A DNA stretch of 64,000 bases from Octopus sinensis (GCF_006345805.1 NC_043025.1:8246001-8310000), one strand, 5' to 3'. Positions 11,384 to 24,528 are shown, numbered from the stretch's first letter. Translations and numbers: made by a program. The notes: generated from the sequence alone by a model not told the origin.

Positions 11384-13081
11384 TTGTTGTTGTTTGTTCC
11401 TTCTTAAGCCACGCCTGGCTCATAAGGGCCGGTTTCCCGGTTTCCTTGGCGTATTGGTTACCCACCTGGACGGGACGCCGGTCGATCGCAGGTGAGCTGC
11501 AAGATGCAGGAGGAAAGAGTGAGAGAAAGTTGTGGCGAAAGAGTCAGCAGAAGTTTCACCATTACCTTCTGCCGGAGCCGCGTGGAGCTTAGGTGTTTCG
11601 CTCATAAACACACACATTGCCCAGTCTGAGATTCGAACCGGCGATCCCTCGACCGCATGTCCGCTGTTGTTTGTTTGTTCCTTCTTGAGCCATGCCTGAC
11701 TCATAAGGACTGGTTTCCCGGTTTCTTGGCATAGAGGTTCCCCACCTGGACGGGACACCGGTCCGTCGCAGGTGAGCTGCAAGATGCAAGAGGAAAGAGT
11801 GAGAGAAAGTTGTGGCGAAAGAGTCAGCAGAAGTTTCACCATTACCTTCTGCCGGAGCCGCGTGGAGCTTAGGTGTTTCGCTCATAAACACACACGTTGC
11901 CCAGTCTGAGATTCGAACCGGCGATCCCTCGACCGCATGTCCGCTGTTGTTTGTTTGTTCCTTCTTGAGCCATGCCTGACTCATAAGGACTGGTTTCCCG
12001 GTTTCTTGGCATAGAGGTTCCCCACCTGGACGGACACCGGTCCGTCGCAGGTGAGCTGCAAGATGCAAGAGGAAAGAGTGAGAGAAAGTTGGGGCAAAAG
12101 AGTCAGCAGAAGTTCGCCATTACCTTCTGCCGGAGCCGCGTGGAGCTTAGGTGTTTCGCTCATAAACACACACATTGCCCAGTCTGAGATTCGAACCGGC
12201 GATCCCTCGACCGCATGTCCGCTGTTGTTTGTTTGTTCCTTCTTGAGCCATGCCTGACTCATAAGGACTGGTTTCCCGGTTTCTTGGCATAGAGGTTCCC
12301 CACCTGGACGGGACACCGGTCCGTCGCAGGTGAGCTGCAAGATGCAAGAGGAAAGAGTGAGAGAAAGTTGGGGCAAAAGAGTCAGCAGAAGTTCGCCATT
12401 ACCTTCTGCCGGAGCCGCGTGGAGCTTAGGTGTTTCGCTCATAAACACACAATTGCCCAGTCTGAGATTCGAACCGGCGATCCCTCGACCGCATGTCCGC
12501 TGTTGTTTGTTTGTTCCTTCTTGAGCCATGCCTGACTCATAAGGACTGGTTTCCCGGTTTCTTGGCATAGAGGTTCCCCACCTGGACGGGACACCGGTCC
12601 GTCGCAGGTGAGCTGCAAGATGCAAGAGGAAAGAGTGAGAGAAAGTTGGGGCAAAAGAGTCAGCAGAAGTTCACCATTACCTTCTGCCGGAGCCGCGTGG
12701 AGCTTAGGTGTTTCGCTCATAAACACACACATTGCCCAGTCTGAGATTCGAACCGGCGATCCCTCGACCGCATGTCCGCTGTTGTTTGTTTGTTCCTTCT
12801 TGAGCCATGCCTGGCTTATAAGGGCCGGTTTCCTCGGTGTATAGGTTCCCCACCTGGACGGGACGCCGATCCGTTGCTGGTGAGCTGCAAGATGCAGGAG
12901 GAAAAAGTGAGAGAAAGTTGTGGCAAAAGAGTCAGCAGAAGTCTCGCCATTACCTTCAGCCGGAGCTGTGTGGAACTTAGATGTTTCGCTCATAAACACA
13001 CACATTGCCCAGTCTGAGATTCGAACCTGCGATCCCTCGACTGTGAGTCCGCTGCTCTAACCACTAGGCCTTGTGCCTCCA
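11384..13081 (-). repeat. Six-unit head-to-tail array (~278 bp) of a tRNA-derived SINE
   Basis: Junction motif ccgctg at 11661, 11941, 12219, 12497, 12776 and 13049; only the unit ending at 13081 has the full tRNA-like head (ggaggcacaaggcctagtggttagagc); (CAA)n tail at 11384. Confidence 0.9.
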
Positions 13082-13089
13082 CACCACTC

Positions 13090-13560
13090 ACATGTCACAT
13101 GCACTAGCCACATTTCTGATTTCACTTGGCTTGAAATGTCTTCTCAAGCAGAATAAATCATCAGAAATCTCAGTCAGTTGTCATCAACTATGTCAGACTC
13201 AACATCCGAAGGTCATATTTCACCACTTTGTCCCTGTATCCTCTTGGGTCTACCTCTCCCAAACCTTCCCACCACAGTTAGATCTCAGCATTTTCTTTAC
13301 ACAACTGTCCTCATCCATACACATCATATGACCATACCAGCAAAGTCTTCTCTCTTACAACATCTGATGCCTCGTATACCCCCAATTTTGCAGTCAAGAC
13401 ACTAACACACTGTTATGCATCCACACTGGCATTGCACACCCACCAGAGCATGCTAGCTTCATTTCTTTCAAGCCTTTGCATGTCTTCTGTAGTCACAGAC
13501 CTCTTTTTACTGGCATATAGCATGGTTCTTTGCATACAGTCATCACACAACATGCCTTTC
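13090..13560 (-). mobile_element. Degraded RTE-clade LINE ORF 3' fragment
   Basis: SVTTEDMQRLERNEASMLWWVCNASV and ERRLCWYGHMMCMDEDSCVKK (RRLxWxGH motif) with frameshifts and stops. Confidence 0.78.
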
Positions 13561-14045
13561 ACTTTGAGAACTTACCAACTTTGGGGCGTTGGTAAATGAC
13601 ACTTGCCTAAGGTTCTAGGTTCAGTTCCACACAACCATGCCTTCTTACCACACAACCATGCCTTCAACTTTATGTATATATATATATATATACATATCAT
13701 CATCATCATCGTCGTTTAACATCCGTTTTCCATGCTAGCATGGGTTGGACGGTTTGACCGGGGTCTGGGAAGCCAGGAAGATGCACCAGGCTCCAGTCTG
13801 ATCTGGCAGTGTTTCTACAGCTGGATGCCCTTCCTAACGCCAACCACTCCGAGAGTGTAGTAGGTGCTTTTTACGTGCCACCGGCACGGAAGCCAGTCAA
13901 GGCAGTGCTGACATCGGCCACGTTCGGATGGTGCATTTTATGTGCCGCCGGCACAGGTGTCGTAACTACAATTTCCATTTGACATTTATTTTGATATTGA
14001 TATTGATGTTGATGTACTTGACTCTGTAGGTCTCTCTCTCTATAT

Positions 14046-14466
14046 ATATATATATACTCTTTACTCTTTTACTTGTTTCAGTCATTTGACTGCGGCCATG
14101 CTGGAGCACCGCCTTTTTTTAGTCGAGCAAATCGCCCCCGGGACTTATTCTTTGTAAGCCTAGTACTTATTCTGTCAGTCTCTTTTGCTGAACCGCTAAG
14201 TTATGGGGATGTAAACACACCAGCATTGGTTGTCAAGCAATGCTAGGGGGACAAACACAAACACGCACATATACACATATATATATATATACATATACAT
14301 ATATACAACAGGCTTCTTTCAGTTTCCGTCTACCAAATTCACTCACAGGTCATTGGTCAGCCCGATGCTATAGTAGAAGACACTTGCCTAATGTGCCACA
14401 CAGTGGGACTGAACCTGGAACCATGTGGTTCATAAGCAAGCTACTTACGACATAGCCACTCCTATG

Positions 14467-14468
<2 letters not shown>
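14046..14468 (-). mobile_element. SINE family A
   Basis: Full-length reverse copy. Confidence 0.9.
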
Positions 14469-14511
<43 letters not shown>

Positions 14512-14629
14512 GAGAAAGAGAGCGATCAGTTTATACATACCCATCCACAAAACACACACAGATGTACATGCATACACGCATGCATATATACACACACATG
14601 CATGCATACATATATATATACACATACAT

Positions 14630-15175
14630 TAATGGCAGGACAAGTGAGACCATAACCCGTGGCCTCTACATGGGATGTAGCCAGTCCACTATGCATACCT
14701 TTCCTTCTTGGGACACAAAACTCTACTTGTGAAGACCTGTTGAGGCAAGTGAGAATCAGAATCAAAATCGAAATTGATCAACATCAATGGAAATTGCAGC
14801 TGTGATACCAGTGCCGGTGGTACGTAAGGGAACCATTTGAACGTGGCCGTTGCCAGCGCCGCCCTGACTGGCCTCCGTGACGGTGGCACATAAAAAGCAC
14901 CATCCGATTGTGGCCGTTGCCAGCCTCGTCTGGTCTCCGTGTCAGTGGCACGTAAAAAGCACCATCCAATCATGGCCGTTTGCCAGCCTCGTCTGGCACC
15001 TGTGCCGGTGGCACGTAAAAAGCACCCACTACACTCACGGAGTGGTTGGCGTTAGGAAGGGCATCCAGCTGTAGAAACATTGCCAGATCAGACTGGAGCC
15101 TGGTGCAGCCTTCTGGCTTCCCAGACCCCAGTTGAACCGTCCAACCCATGCCAGCATGGAGAACGGACGTTAAAC

Positions 15176-15215
<40 letters not shown>
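14630..15215 (+). mobile_element. SINE-like family D with ~4-unit VNTR
   Basis: Same 5' body, core repeats and (GAT)n tail; reverse copies at 4969-5280, 13695-14030 and 49186-49530. Confidence 0.82.
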
Positions 15216-15217
<2 letters not shown>

Positions 15218-15252
15218 ATATATATATAATATATATATTATATATATATATT

Positions 15253-15483
15253 AGGCGGCGAGCTGGCAGAAACGTTAGCACACCGGGCGAAATGCTTAGT
15301 GGTATTTCGTCTGCCGTTACGTTGTGAGTTCAAATTCCGCCGAGGTCGACTTTGCCTTTCATCCTTTCGGGGTCGACAAATTAAGTACCAGTTACGCACT
15401 GGGGTCAATGTAATCGACTTAATACCTATGTCTGTCCTTGTTTGTCCCCTCTGTGTTTAGCCCCTTGTGGGTAATAAAGAAAT
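15253..15483 (+). mobile_element. SINE family B (~230 bp)
   Basis: ggcggcgagctggcagaaacgttagc head, gagttcaaattcc B-box-like motif, ends gtaaagaaata; other monomers at 16634-16862(+), 18662-18885(-), 33355-33587(+), 46107-46338(+), 62488-62610(-, partial). Confidence 0.85.
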
Positions 15484-15590
15484 AGATATATATATATAAT
15501 AGAGAAAGAGGGCGATCAGTTTATACATACCCACCCACAAAACACACACATACGGATGGACATATACACATGCATGCATACATACACATG

Positions 15591-15661
<71 letters not shown>

Positions 15662-16056
15662 TATTACTTAGTTTTATTACTACATTTCTTGCCACTATAG
15701 AAAGAGCTGGTTTCTTACCTAGACCCAAGACTCTTCCATCAGAATTTCAACAACATCAACAAGATAGTTGTGCAAGGTTGTGTGCATGCATGCAAGTATT
15801 CGCAGCCAATGCAGTTGCAGATCGGTATGTGTTATTTTATGTGTGCATGTATACCTGTATGTTACCTGTCTTGTTTTCCATTTGTTTGTCTCTTTGTTTG
15901 CATCCCCAAGTTTGTCTTTATATTTCATGTTGTTGTCGTATTTCGTATTTCACGTTGTTTACGTTTTGTGACATCCTGTATCCATATATGCATTCATATA
16001 TACATATATATGTATGTATGTATGTATGCATATATATGTATATATATATATATATA

Positions 16057-16231
16057 GGCGCAGGAGTGGCTGTGTGGTAAGTAGCTTGCTTACCAAACAC
16101 ATGGTTCTGGGTCTGGGTTCAGTCCCACTGCGTGGCACCTTGGGCAAGTGTCATCTGCTATAGCCTCGGGACGACCAAAGCCTTGTGAGTGGATTTAGTA
16201 GACAGAAACTGAAAGAATATATATATATATA

Positions 16232-16280
<49 letters not shown>

Positions 16281-16470
16281 GTATGTGTGTGTATATGTTT
16301 GTGTGTCTGTGTTTGTCCCCCCAACATCGCTTGACAACCGATGCTGGTGTGTTTACATCCCCGTCACTTAACGGTTCGGCAAAGAATAAGTCCTGAGGTC
16401 GATTTGTTTGACTAAAGGCGGTGCTCCAGCATGGCTGCAGTCAAATGACTGAAACAAGTAAAAGAGTGAA
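16057..16470 (+). mobile_element. SINE family A
   Basis: Near full-length copy with a small internal deletion. Confidence 0.88.
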
Positions 16471-16938
16471 AGGGTGAAAAGAACGAAAATATTTTTGGGG
16501 GATACAAATTACCATTTATAACATTGCCTCTGTGGGAAATTATTGCTTTGCTTTACGAGTTTTCACTTTACAAGCAATCTTCAGGAACAAATTAACCCTC
16601 ATATCAAGGCATAACTATACTACGTTGTGATAAGGCAGTGAGCTGGCAGAAACGTTAGCACGCCGGGTGAAATGCTTAGTGGTATTTCGTTTGTAGTTAC
16701 GTTCTGAGTTCAAATTCCGCCGAGGTCAACCTTGCCTTTCATCCTTTCGGGGTCGATAAATAAAGTACCAGTTTCGCACTGGGGTCGATGTAATCGACTT
16801 AATCCCTTCATCTGTCCTTGTTTGTCCCTTCTGTCTTTAGCCCGTTGTGGGTAGTAAAGAAACAGATATTACGTTGTGAAGAAATATTAAATTTCAGTTT
16901 TTTAATTAGCAGTTAATTGACTCTAAATTTGGCTTTAC

Positions 16939-16957
16939 ACTCTCTCTCTCTTTCTCT

Positions 16958-16988
<31 letters not shown>

Positions 16989-17291
16989 ATCTCTCTCTCT
17001 CCCTCTCTTTCTCTCTCTCTCTTTCTTTCTCTCTCTCTCTTTCTCTCTCTCTCTCTTCTCTCTCTCTCTCTTTCTTTCTCTCTTCTCTCTCTTTCCTCTC
17101 TCATTCTCTCTCTTTCTCTCTCTCTCTTCTTCTCTTCTTTCTCTCTCTCTCTCTTTCTCTCTCTCATTCTCTCTCTTTCTCTCTCTCTCTCTTTCTTTCT
17201 CTCTCTCACTTTCTCTCTCTCTTTCTTTCTCTCTCTCATTCTCTCTCTTTCTCTCTCTCTCTTTCTCTCTCTCTCTCTTTCTCTCTCTCAT

Positions 17292-17328
<37 letters not shown>

Positions 17329-17385
17329 TTCTCTCTCTCACTTTCTCTCTCTCTTTCTTTCTCTCTCTCTCTCTCTCTCTCTCTC
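16939..17385. repeat. (CT)n polypyrimidine tract
   Basis: About 450 bp, almost purine-free on the + strand. Confidence 0.95.
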
Positions 17386-17814
17386 AATATATATATAGAG
17401 AGAGTTGTTGATGCAAACAGAAAAATAATACGCAAAACTTGGGTATCTTTTTTCTTTTATCTTTTACTTGTTTCAGTCATGAGACTATGGCCATGCTGGG
17501 GCACTGCATTGAAGAATTTTTAGTTGAATCATTGGCATGTTAGCAGAAATACTTTATGGCATATCTTCCAGTTCTCTCCATTCTGGATTCTAATGCCACC
17601 TGTCTAGAGAAAGCAATGGAAAGCCACTCCAATATTCACCCCAAATCTAGACATGGTCACCAAAGTTCCAGTGGCAGGAGAGGGTACAAGCCCTCCCAGG
17701 TCATATAGAGAGAGCTGAGAAGGTTCACATGCACAAGATCTGCCCAATGGCTAGACCTACATTATTTACATTATTTACATTTGACGGATATTTGTCCTCA
17801 TCTTGTTTGTTGTT

Positions 17815-17857
17815 AACACGTTTCGGCTTATATACCCTCCAGCCATCTTCAGGTGTC
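17815..17857 (-). ncRNA. Hammerhead motif relic in Penelope-like terminal fragment
   Basis: GACAC CUGAAGA U GGCU...AGCC GAAAC GUGUU; small deletion around the cleavage site. Confidence 0.5.
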
Positions 17858-17934
17858 TTGGGGGAAATTTCGAACCTGGGTTCTCATTCCTAAAGTATTT
17901 TTCGATGTTATAATAATAATTAATAATTAATAAT

Positions 17935-18126
17935 GATAGCCTGGGCTTCAGAGGCCCACAGCTCTTCAATATCCTCCCGAAGAACCTGAGAGACCTGCAT
18001 GGGGTGGATGCAGATGTCTTTAAAATAAAACTGGATCTCTTCCTGTCAGGTGTCCCAGATGAACCAACTTCACGGCAGGAGGTGCAGATGAGGGCAGCTG
18101 CATCGAACTCTCTCATGCACCAAATG
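17935..18126 (+). mobile_element. CR1/L2-group LINE ORF2 C-terminal fragment
   Basis: SLGFRGPQLFNILPKNLRDLHGVDADVFKIKLDLFLSGVPDEP...RAAASNSL. Confidence 0.75.
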
Positions 18127-18242
18127 GCCACAGCTCGTGAGCTGAAACTAGGTAAAATAAAAAAATAAAAAATGATAATAATAATAATAATAACATCGAA
18201 AAATACCTTGGGAATGTGAACCCAGGTTTGAAATTTCCCCAA

Positions 18243-18288
18243 GACACCTGATGAAGGCTGGAGGGTATATCAGATGAAACATTGTGTT
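18243..18288 (+). ncRNA. Hammerhead motif relic, inverted partner of 17815-17857
   Basis: GACAC CUGAUGA A GGCUG...CAGAU GAAAC AUU GUGUU. Confidence 0.55.
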
Positions 18289-19270
18289 AACAACAAACAA
18301 GATGAGGACAAATATCCGTCGAATGTAAATAATGTAACTAACGCACATAATTCCTCAACTCTTAAATATAGAACTGGACTAGGCCTATTTTATTAAATGG
18401 CTAAGTCACCTTTCCACATGAAGATGCTACTCGATGTGCTATTTGACACTGGTGTATACAAGCTCACACACACACACACACACACACATGCACACAGAGT
18501 CAAATGTAATAGGCTTCCTTACAGTTTCTGAGTCATCAATTCCTTTACCATTACTGGCACTCCATTGGTTATGACAACAAGAATTCCAGTTGATCCAATC
18601 AATAGAATAGCCTGCTCGTGAAATTAACATGCAAGTGGCTGAGCACTCCACAGACACATGTACCTATTTCTTTACAACTCACAAGGGGCTAAGCATAGAG
18701 AGGACGAACAAGGAAAGACAAATGGATTAAGTCGATTATATCGACCCCAGTGCGTAACTGGTACTTAATTTATCGACCCCAAAAGGATGAAAGGCAAAGT
18801 CGACCTCGGCGGGATTTGAACTCAGAACGTAACGGCAGACGAAATACAGCTACACATCTCGCCCGGCGTGCTAACGTTTCTGCCAGACACATGTACTTTT
18901 AACGTAGTTCTCAGGGAGATTCAGCATGACTCAGAACGTGACAAGGCTGGCCCTTTTGGATTACAAACTACAGGTACAACTCACTTTTGCCAGCTCTGTA
19001 GACTGGAGCAATATGAAATAAAGTGTCTTGCTCAAGGAAACGACACACCACCAGGAATTGAACTCACAACCTTACAATCATGAGCCAAACACCCTAACCA
19101 CTAGGCCACGCACCTTCACATAGCATTGCTCAAATAAAGGTTACAGTGACAGACACTCATGTGGCCGTCATGTGGGATGAATCCCAGTACAGTGTAGTTG
19201 TGAACTTCCTTTATTGTAATCTGTTGCTTTGAAAAGCTTACTTCATATATGTGCGTGTGTACACATATAT

Positions 19271-19668
19271 ACTCTCTTTTACTTGTTTCAGTCATTTGAC
19301 TGCAGCCATGCTGGAGCACCGCCTTTAATCGAGCAACTCGACCCCGAGACTTATTCTTTTGTAAGCCCAGTACTTATTCTATCGGTCTCTTTTGCCGAAC
19401 CGCTAAGTGACAGGGACATAAACACACCAGCATCGGTTGTCAAGCAATGCTAGGGGGACAAACACAGACACACAAACATACACACGCATATATATATATA
19501 CATATATATGATGGGCTTCTTTCAGTTTCCGTCTACCAAATCCACTCACAAGGCTTTGGTCGGCCCAAGGCTATAGTAGAAGACACTTGCCCAAGGTGCC
19601 ACGCAGTGGGACTGAACCCGGAACCATGTGGTTAGTAAACAAGCTACTTACCACACAGCCACTCCTGC
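19271..19668 (-). mobile_element. SINE family A
   Basis: Full-length reverse copy. Confidence 0.9.
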
Positions 19669-20355
19669 TATATGGTAGCAGTAATAATAGTACGGGGCAT
19701 GCGCTGTAACTGTGTGTTGCTGCGTCCACCATTTGTTGGTGGTTCCCTACTATTCCTGGTGAATGGCACTTTTGCACCCCTCGGGTGACAACCCACCAAC
19801 ACATGGGTCTGTTTTGGTAGTTGTTGCTGGTGAGGTTTTTACAGAATCAGATTGCTAATCCTACCTCAACGTCTTTTAGTTGCCTTTTGCGATGCTCAGA
19901 GAAAAAATTGGGTCCATCCTTTGACATGTCGGTCCTTACACAATGCTGTGTGTAAAGAAATGTAAATAAATATCTTTCATTTTTTTATCTTTTACCTGTT
20001 TCTGTCCTTGGGTTGCAGGTACATTGGGGCACCACCTTGAAGGGCTTAGGCAGACAAAACTATTCTTTTATTCTTTTACTTGTTTCAGTTATTTGACTGT
20101 GGCCATGTTGGAACACTGCCTTTAGTCAAACAAAACAACCCCTGGACTTATTCGTTGTAAGCCTAGTATGTATTCTATTGGTCTCGTTTGCCAAACCACT
20201 AAGTTACAGGGATGTAAACACACCAACATCAGTTGTCAAGTGATGGTTGTGGGACAAACAGAAACACACAAACATATACATATGTGAGAAGCCCATCGTA
20301 TATATATATATATATATATAGGTGAGAAAGTTGGTGTGTGAAAGCACGTGGTTGA

Positions 20356-20514
20356 ATATATAGAAAATAGTAAAAAGTGAAAAAACTACAGAAGGCTTGT
20401 TTTGAAAGGTTAAAAAATATATATTTGAGTCATTATGTCTGAAGAATGTTATAAATTTTTTTCATACAATGACAGTTTTTAAGCCTTCTGTAGTTTTTTT
20501 CATTTTTTACTATT

Positions 20515-20524
<10 letters not shown>
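20356..20524. repeat. Inverted repeat, ~43-bp arms, ~82-bp spacer
   Basis: atatagaaaatagtaaaaagtgaaaaaactacagaaggctt ... aagccttctgtagtttttttcattttttactattttctatat. Confidence 0.85.
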
Positions 20525-20555
<31 letters not shown>

Positions 20556-20969
20556 AGTAGGTGAATGAATTATCCTATGTTTATCGCCAGCATGGAAAAT
20601 CCCTGAAAAAATTTTCCCCACAAATTTCTTTACAATCGTAATCTATGCCATTTGAAAAGGATTTGTATAAACTTTCATTAAAAGATACCCATCTTCCTGA
20701 AAGTTATGAGGGGGAAAATGTCAGATTGTGTGAATTTTCCAAAACTCCTCTCTCCACCCCCTTGGGAAAATTCTTTCCCATAAATCCTTATATGCTCTGA
20801 AGCCACAACATCTAAGCAGTAATTGTAGAAAATTTTGTTAAAAACTATCCATTTTACTGGATGTTGAGGCAACAAAGTTGGGCATGCACATCTGTAATAA
20901 TGCCCTTTGTAATATACAATTTTTTCATTTCATGTTTATTTCATTCATTGTTTGCAATGTTCTTTTACT

Positions 20970-21033
<64 letters not shown>

Positions 21034-21592
21034 AAGCTTACAGATAGGGTGCTAAATTGAAATCTCTATGTTGCTTTGAGGGGAAGGTAAAACTTAACAA
21101 ACTGCTTCTCCCTCTGTTATTGGACTACCGTGATGTTTGTTTAAAAAAGAGAGATTATGACTGTGATAAAATAATGAAGGTAATATTTACTAAGCAAGTG
21201 AGCACTATTATACAAAGAAATAATTTGACGTAAAATAGGAAAATTATTAAAATTGGGAATCAAATGTGAAATTATTATCAAGGAGCTAGCAGAAAACCAC
21301 CCAGAGGGCGGTCTTTCTGCTTGTATATATAATCATGATTCAGTTGAATTAGGTACTTAAATTGAGGCACCTTGCTAGTTCAGTATAATCTGCACACCCC
21401 AACACTATTATTTGAATATTGAATAACAAGACTCTGTTCAGGGGTATTTGTACCCAATATACCTGTTGTGTGTGTAGACAACACAACCCAGCTAAGCAAA
21501 GATATCTGCTCTTGATAATTCAGACACATACTTTATATTGTATTTCTGAAGTGCAGAATCCAACTTAGGTGAACAGAATATAAATAAGTACA

Positions 21593-21651
<59 letters not shown>

Positions 21652-21861
21652 GCTTAGTCGTGTGGTTGCTTCATTAAATAGGACTCATATATACATACAT
21701 ACATATATATAAATGTGTGTTTTTTTCATTGTTTACAAATAACACGGAAAAAATAGATAAATAGTTACCAGGGTAGCAAAAATTCACACAAGTACCAAGG
21801 ATGTAACAACCTACTTCTAAAGGTAGAAACTCCAGGTTTAGGTGAAATGTTTTTGCATGAT

Positions 21862-22122
21862 ATTAAACAACCCTTATTCAGGGACCTTTTGAGTGGGATG
21901 GGCTACTCAACCAGAAGAAAATTCTAACTGGGCCCCACCTGCAAGGTCATGCGCTGTTTATCTTGATATGAGATCACCATATCGTGCACATATGGTTGTA
22001 ATGCATTTGCCTGGTGTACCCTTATCAGACGGGTAGTCATGATGGGTATATTGGGCTTCGTATATTTTACCCCAATGTCACTTTGATGGCATGAACTGCT
22101 CTCTCACTCAATGATAATAATA

Positions 22123-22175
<53 letters not shown>

Positions 22176-23035
22176 GCCCTGATGCAGTACCAGGCAGTGG
22201 CTCTCATGACTTCTGATCTTAACTGATTGGAAGTGTTATCATGTACATTGTTTTGTCTTGGTATAAAAGATGGGCTACAGCAAATATTCTGCTCAATACC
22301 ACAGATTTGCTTGTCAGATGTTTGACCTTAACCAGTTGAGCATGTCCCTTAGTGGCTGACGATATGTGCATCTCTGATCACGAGCAGAAGTAGTGGGGGA
22401 GTATCATAGCCATGTGTTGAGAGGGATTCTTTGGGGTTTGAATAATTCACCTCTGGAAACATGGGTGGTTCTTTCAACATCCTTAAACAACCCTTATTCA
22501 GGGACCTTTTGAGCGGGATGGGCTACTCAACCTGAAGAAAATTCTAACTGGCCCCACCCCTGCAAGGTCATGTGCTGTTTATCTTGATATAAAATCACCA
22601 TGTCGCGCACATATGGTTGTGATGCATGTGCCTGGTGTACCTTTATCAGACGGGTAGTCATGATGGGTATATTGGGCTTCGTATATTTTACCCCAGTGTC
22701 ACTTTGATGGCATGCACTGCTCTCTCACTCAATAATAATAATAATAATAATAATAATAGTGGTTCTTTCAACATCCTTAAACAACCCTTATTCAGGGACC
22801 TTTTGAGTGGGATGAGCTACTCAACCAGAAGAAAATTCTAACTGGGCCCCACCTGCAAGGTCATGCGCTGTTTATCTTGATATGAGATCACCATGTCGTG
22901 CACATATGGTTGTAATGCATTTGCCTGGTGTACCCTTATCAGACGGGTAGTCATGATGGGTATATTGGGCTTTGTATATTTTACCCCAATGTCACTTTGA
23001 TGGCATGAACTGCTCTCTCACTCAATGATAATAAT
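21862..23035 (+). repeat. Family E: ~560-bp non-coding repeat with (AAT)n tails, one full and two 5'-truncated units in tandem
   Basis: Units 21862-22110, 22173-22735, 22760-23035, each ending ctctctcactcaat(aat)n. Confidence 0.85.
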
Positions 23036-23393
23036 AATGGAATTATTCTATACCACACACTATATATGTGTGCATCTATGTTTATATATGCCCCCATCAT
23101 TTAACAATGGTGATATACAACAACATACAAGCATACCTCAGCAGCTGTGCTTCCTCCCCATAATATATCCTTAATTCCTTAATTGTCAATTTGTTCCAGT
23201 AATGTAGTTATTTGCTCTCTGAAGTGTCTAACCTTTTTATCTTATATGATTTATATATGTTGTATCTTTTTCCATAAGTAATTATCATTTATTTTAAATC
23301 TCTATTCCTACCTCTGTCTGTTCTCTTCCATTTGCACTCACCATATTTATATCTCACATACTTTTACATTATATTTTTATTTATATACACTTC

Positions 23394-23802
23394 ACTCTTA
23401 CTCTTTTTACTTGTTTCAGTCATTTGACAGCGGCCATGCTGGAGCACCGCCTTTAGTCGAGCAAATCGACCCCAGGACTTATTCTTTGGAAGCCTAGTAC
23501 TTATTCTATCGGTCTCTTTTCTGCCGAACCGCTAAGTGACAGGGACGTAAACACACCAGCATCGGTTGTCAAGCAATGCTAGGGGGACAAACACACACAC
23601 ATAAACACACACATACATATACATATATATACATATATACGACAGGCTTCTTTCAGTTTCCGTCTACCAAATCCACTCACAAGGCATTGGTCGACCTGGG
23701 GCTATAGCAGAAGACACTTGCCCAAGATGCCACACAGTGGGACTGAACCCAGAAACATGTGGTTGGTTAGCAAGCTACTTACCACACAGCCACTCCTGCA
23801 CC
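23394..23802 (-). mobile_element. SINE family A
   Basis: Full-length reverse copy. Confidence 0.9.
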
Positions 23803-23827
23803 TATGTATTGATATATTATGCTTTTG

Positions 23828-24130
23828 TGGAGGCGCAATGGTTTCAGTGGTTAGGGTAGCGGACTCGCGGTTGTAGGATTGCGGTTTCGATTCCCAGACC
23901 GGGCGTTGTGAGTGTTTATTGAGCGGAAACACCTATGGTTCCACGAAGCTCCGGTAGGGGGTGTTGGTGATCCCTGCTGTACTCTTTCACCACAACTATC
24001 TCTCACTCTTTCTTCTGTTGGCCCGCTCACTTTGCCAGCGGGGTGGCGTCATTTGAAGGCTAAAACAATGCGAAACGCATTGTGACCAGCGATGTGTAGC
24101 AACATCTGATAGCCTGGTCAGTCACAGTCA
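23828..24130 (+). mobile_element. SINE family C (tRNA-like head ggaggcgcaatgg...tcgattccc)
   Basis: Other copies at 29820-30080(-), 30105-30372(-), 44462-44745(-) and 48680-48866(-, different 3' part); head related to the 11.4-13.1 kb array unit. Confidence 0.82.
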
Positions 24131-24490
24131 AGGTCATATTATGCTTTTATGTATAAAGATTTGCATTGATCTGTTTTAATATATATTGCTGGATATGTAT
24201 TTTTTAAATGTGGTAAGTAGCTTGCTTACAAGCCACATGGTTCTGGGTTCAGTCCCACTGCAAGGCTCCTTGGACAAGTGTCTTCTACTATAGCCTCAGG
24301 CCAACCAAAGCCTTGTGAGTAGATTTGATAGATGGAAACTGAAAGAAGCCTGTCGTATCTCGAACACACAAGTGCAAACAAGGGAGTCAGAGAAAGGCAG
24401 AATGCCACTTATATTTGAACACTACTATACAAATATTCCTTTAAAAAAACTTTTCTTCTAATTTTTCTAAATTTAATTATTTAATCGTTA

Positions 24491-24528
24491 CAGTTGAAAA
24501 GGTCTCAAAATGACCGAAACCGGTACTG
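24491..24528 (+). ncRNA. Degenerate hammerhead motif
   Basis: CAG UUGAAAA GGUC-7nt-GACC GAAAC CG GUA CUG: three stems intact, CUGANGA box mutated. Confidence 0.45.

Larger units (their letters stand above)
17767..18336. repeat. Inverted pair of ~145-bp Penelope-like terminal fragments enclosing a CR1/L2 piece
   Basis: Arms 17767-17910 and 18191-18336, each bordered internally by (TAA)n. Confidence 0.8.

Noticed and set aside
11420-13017. 140-214-aa ORFs in the 278-bp array
   Set aside because: Repeated translations of a SINE unit in several frames; no domain similarity recognised.
21463-21570. Minus-strand peptide LDSALQKYNIKYVSELSRADIFA* with faint peroxidase-like ring
   Set aside because: In-frame stop, no consistent splice solution, and the similarity is too short to support.
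23828-23905. tRNA gene (and similar heads at 13010-13081 and 44680-44745)
   Set aside because: No acceptor-stem closure or poly-T terminator; continues directly into a SINE body.
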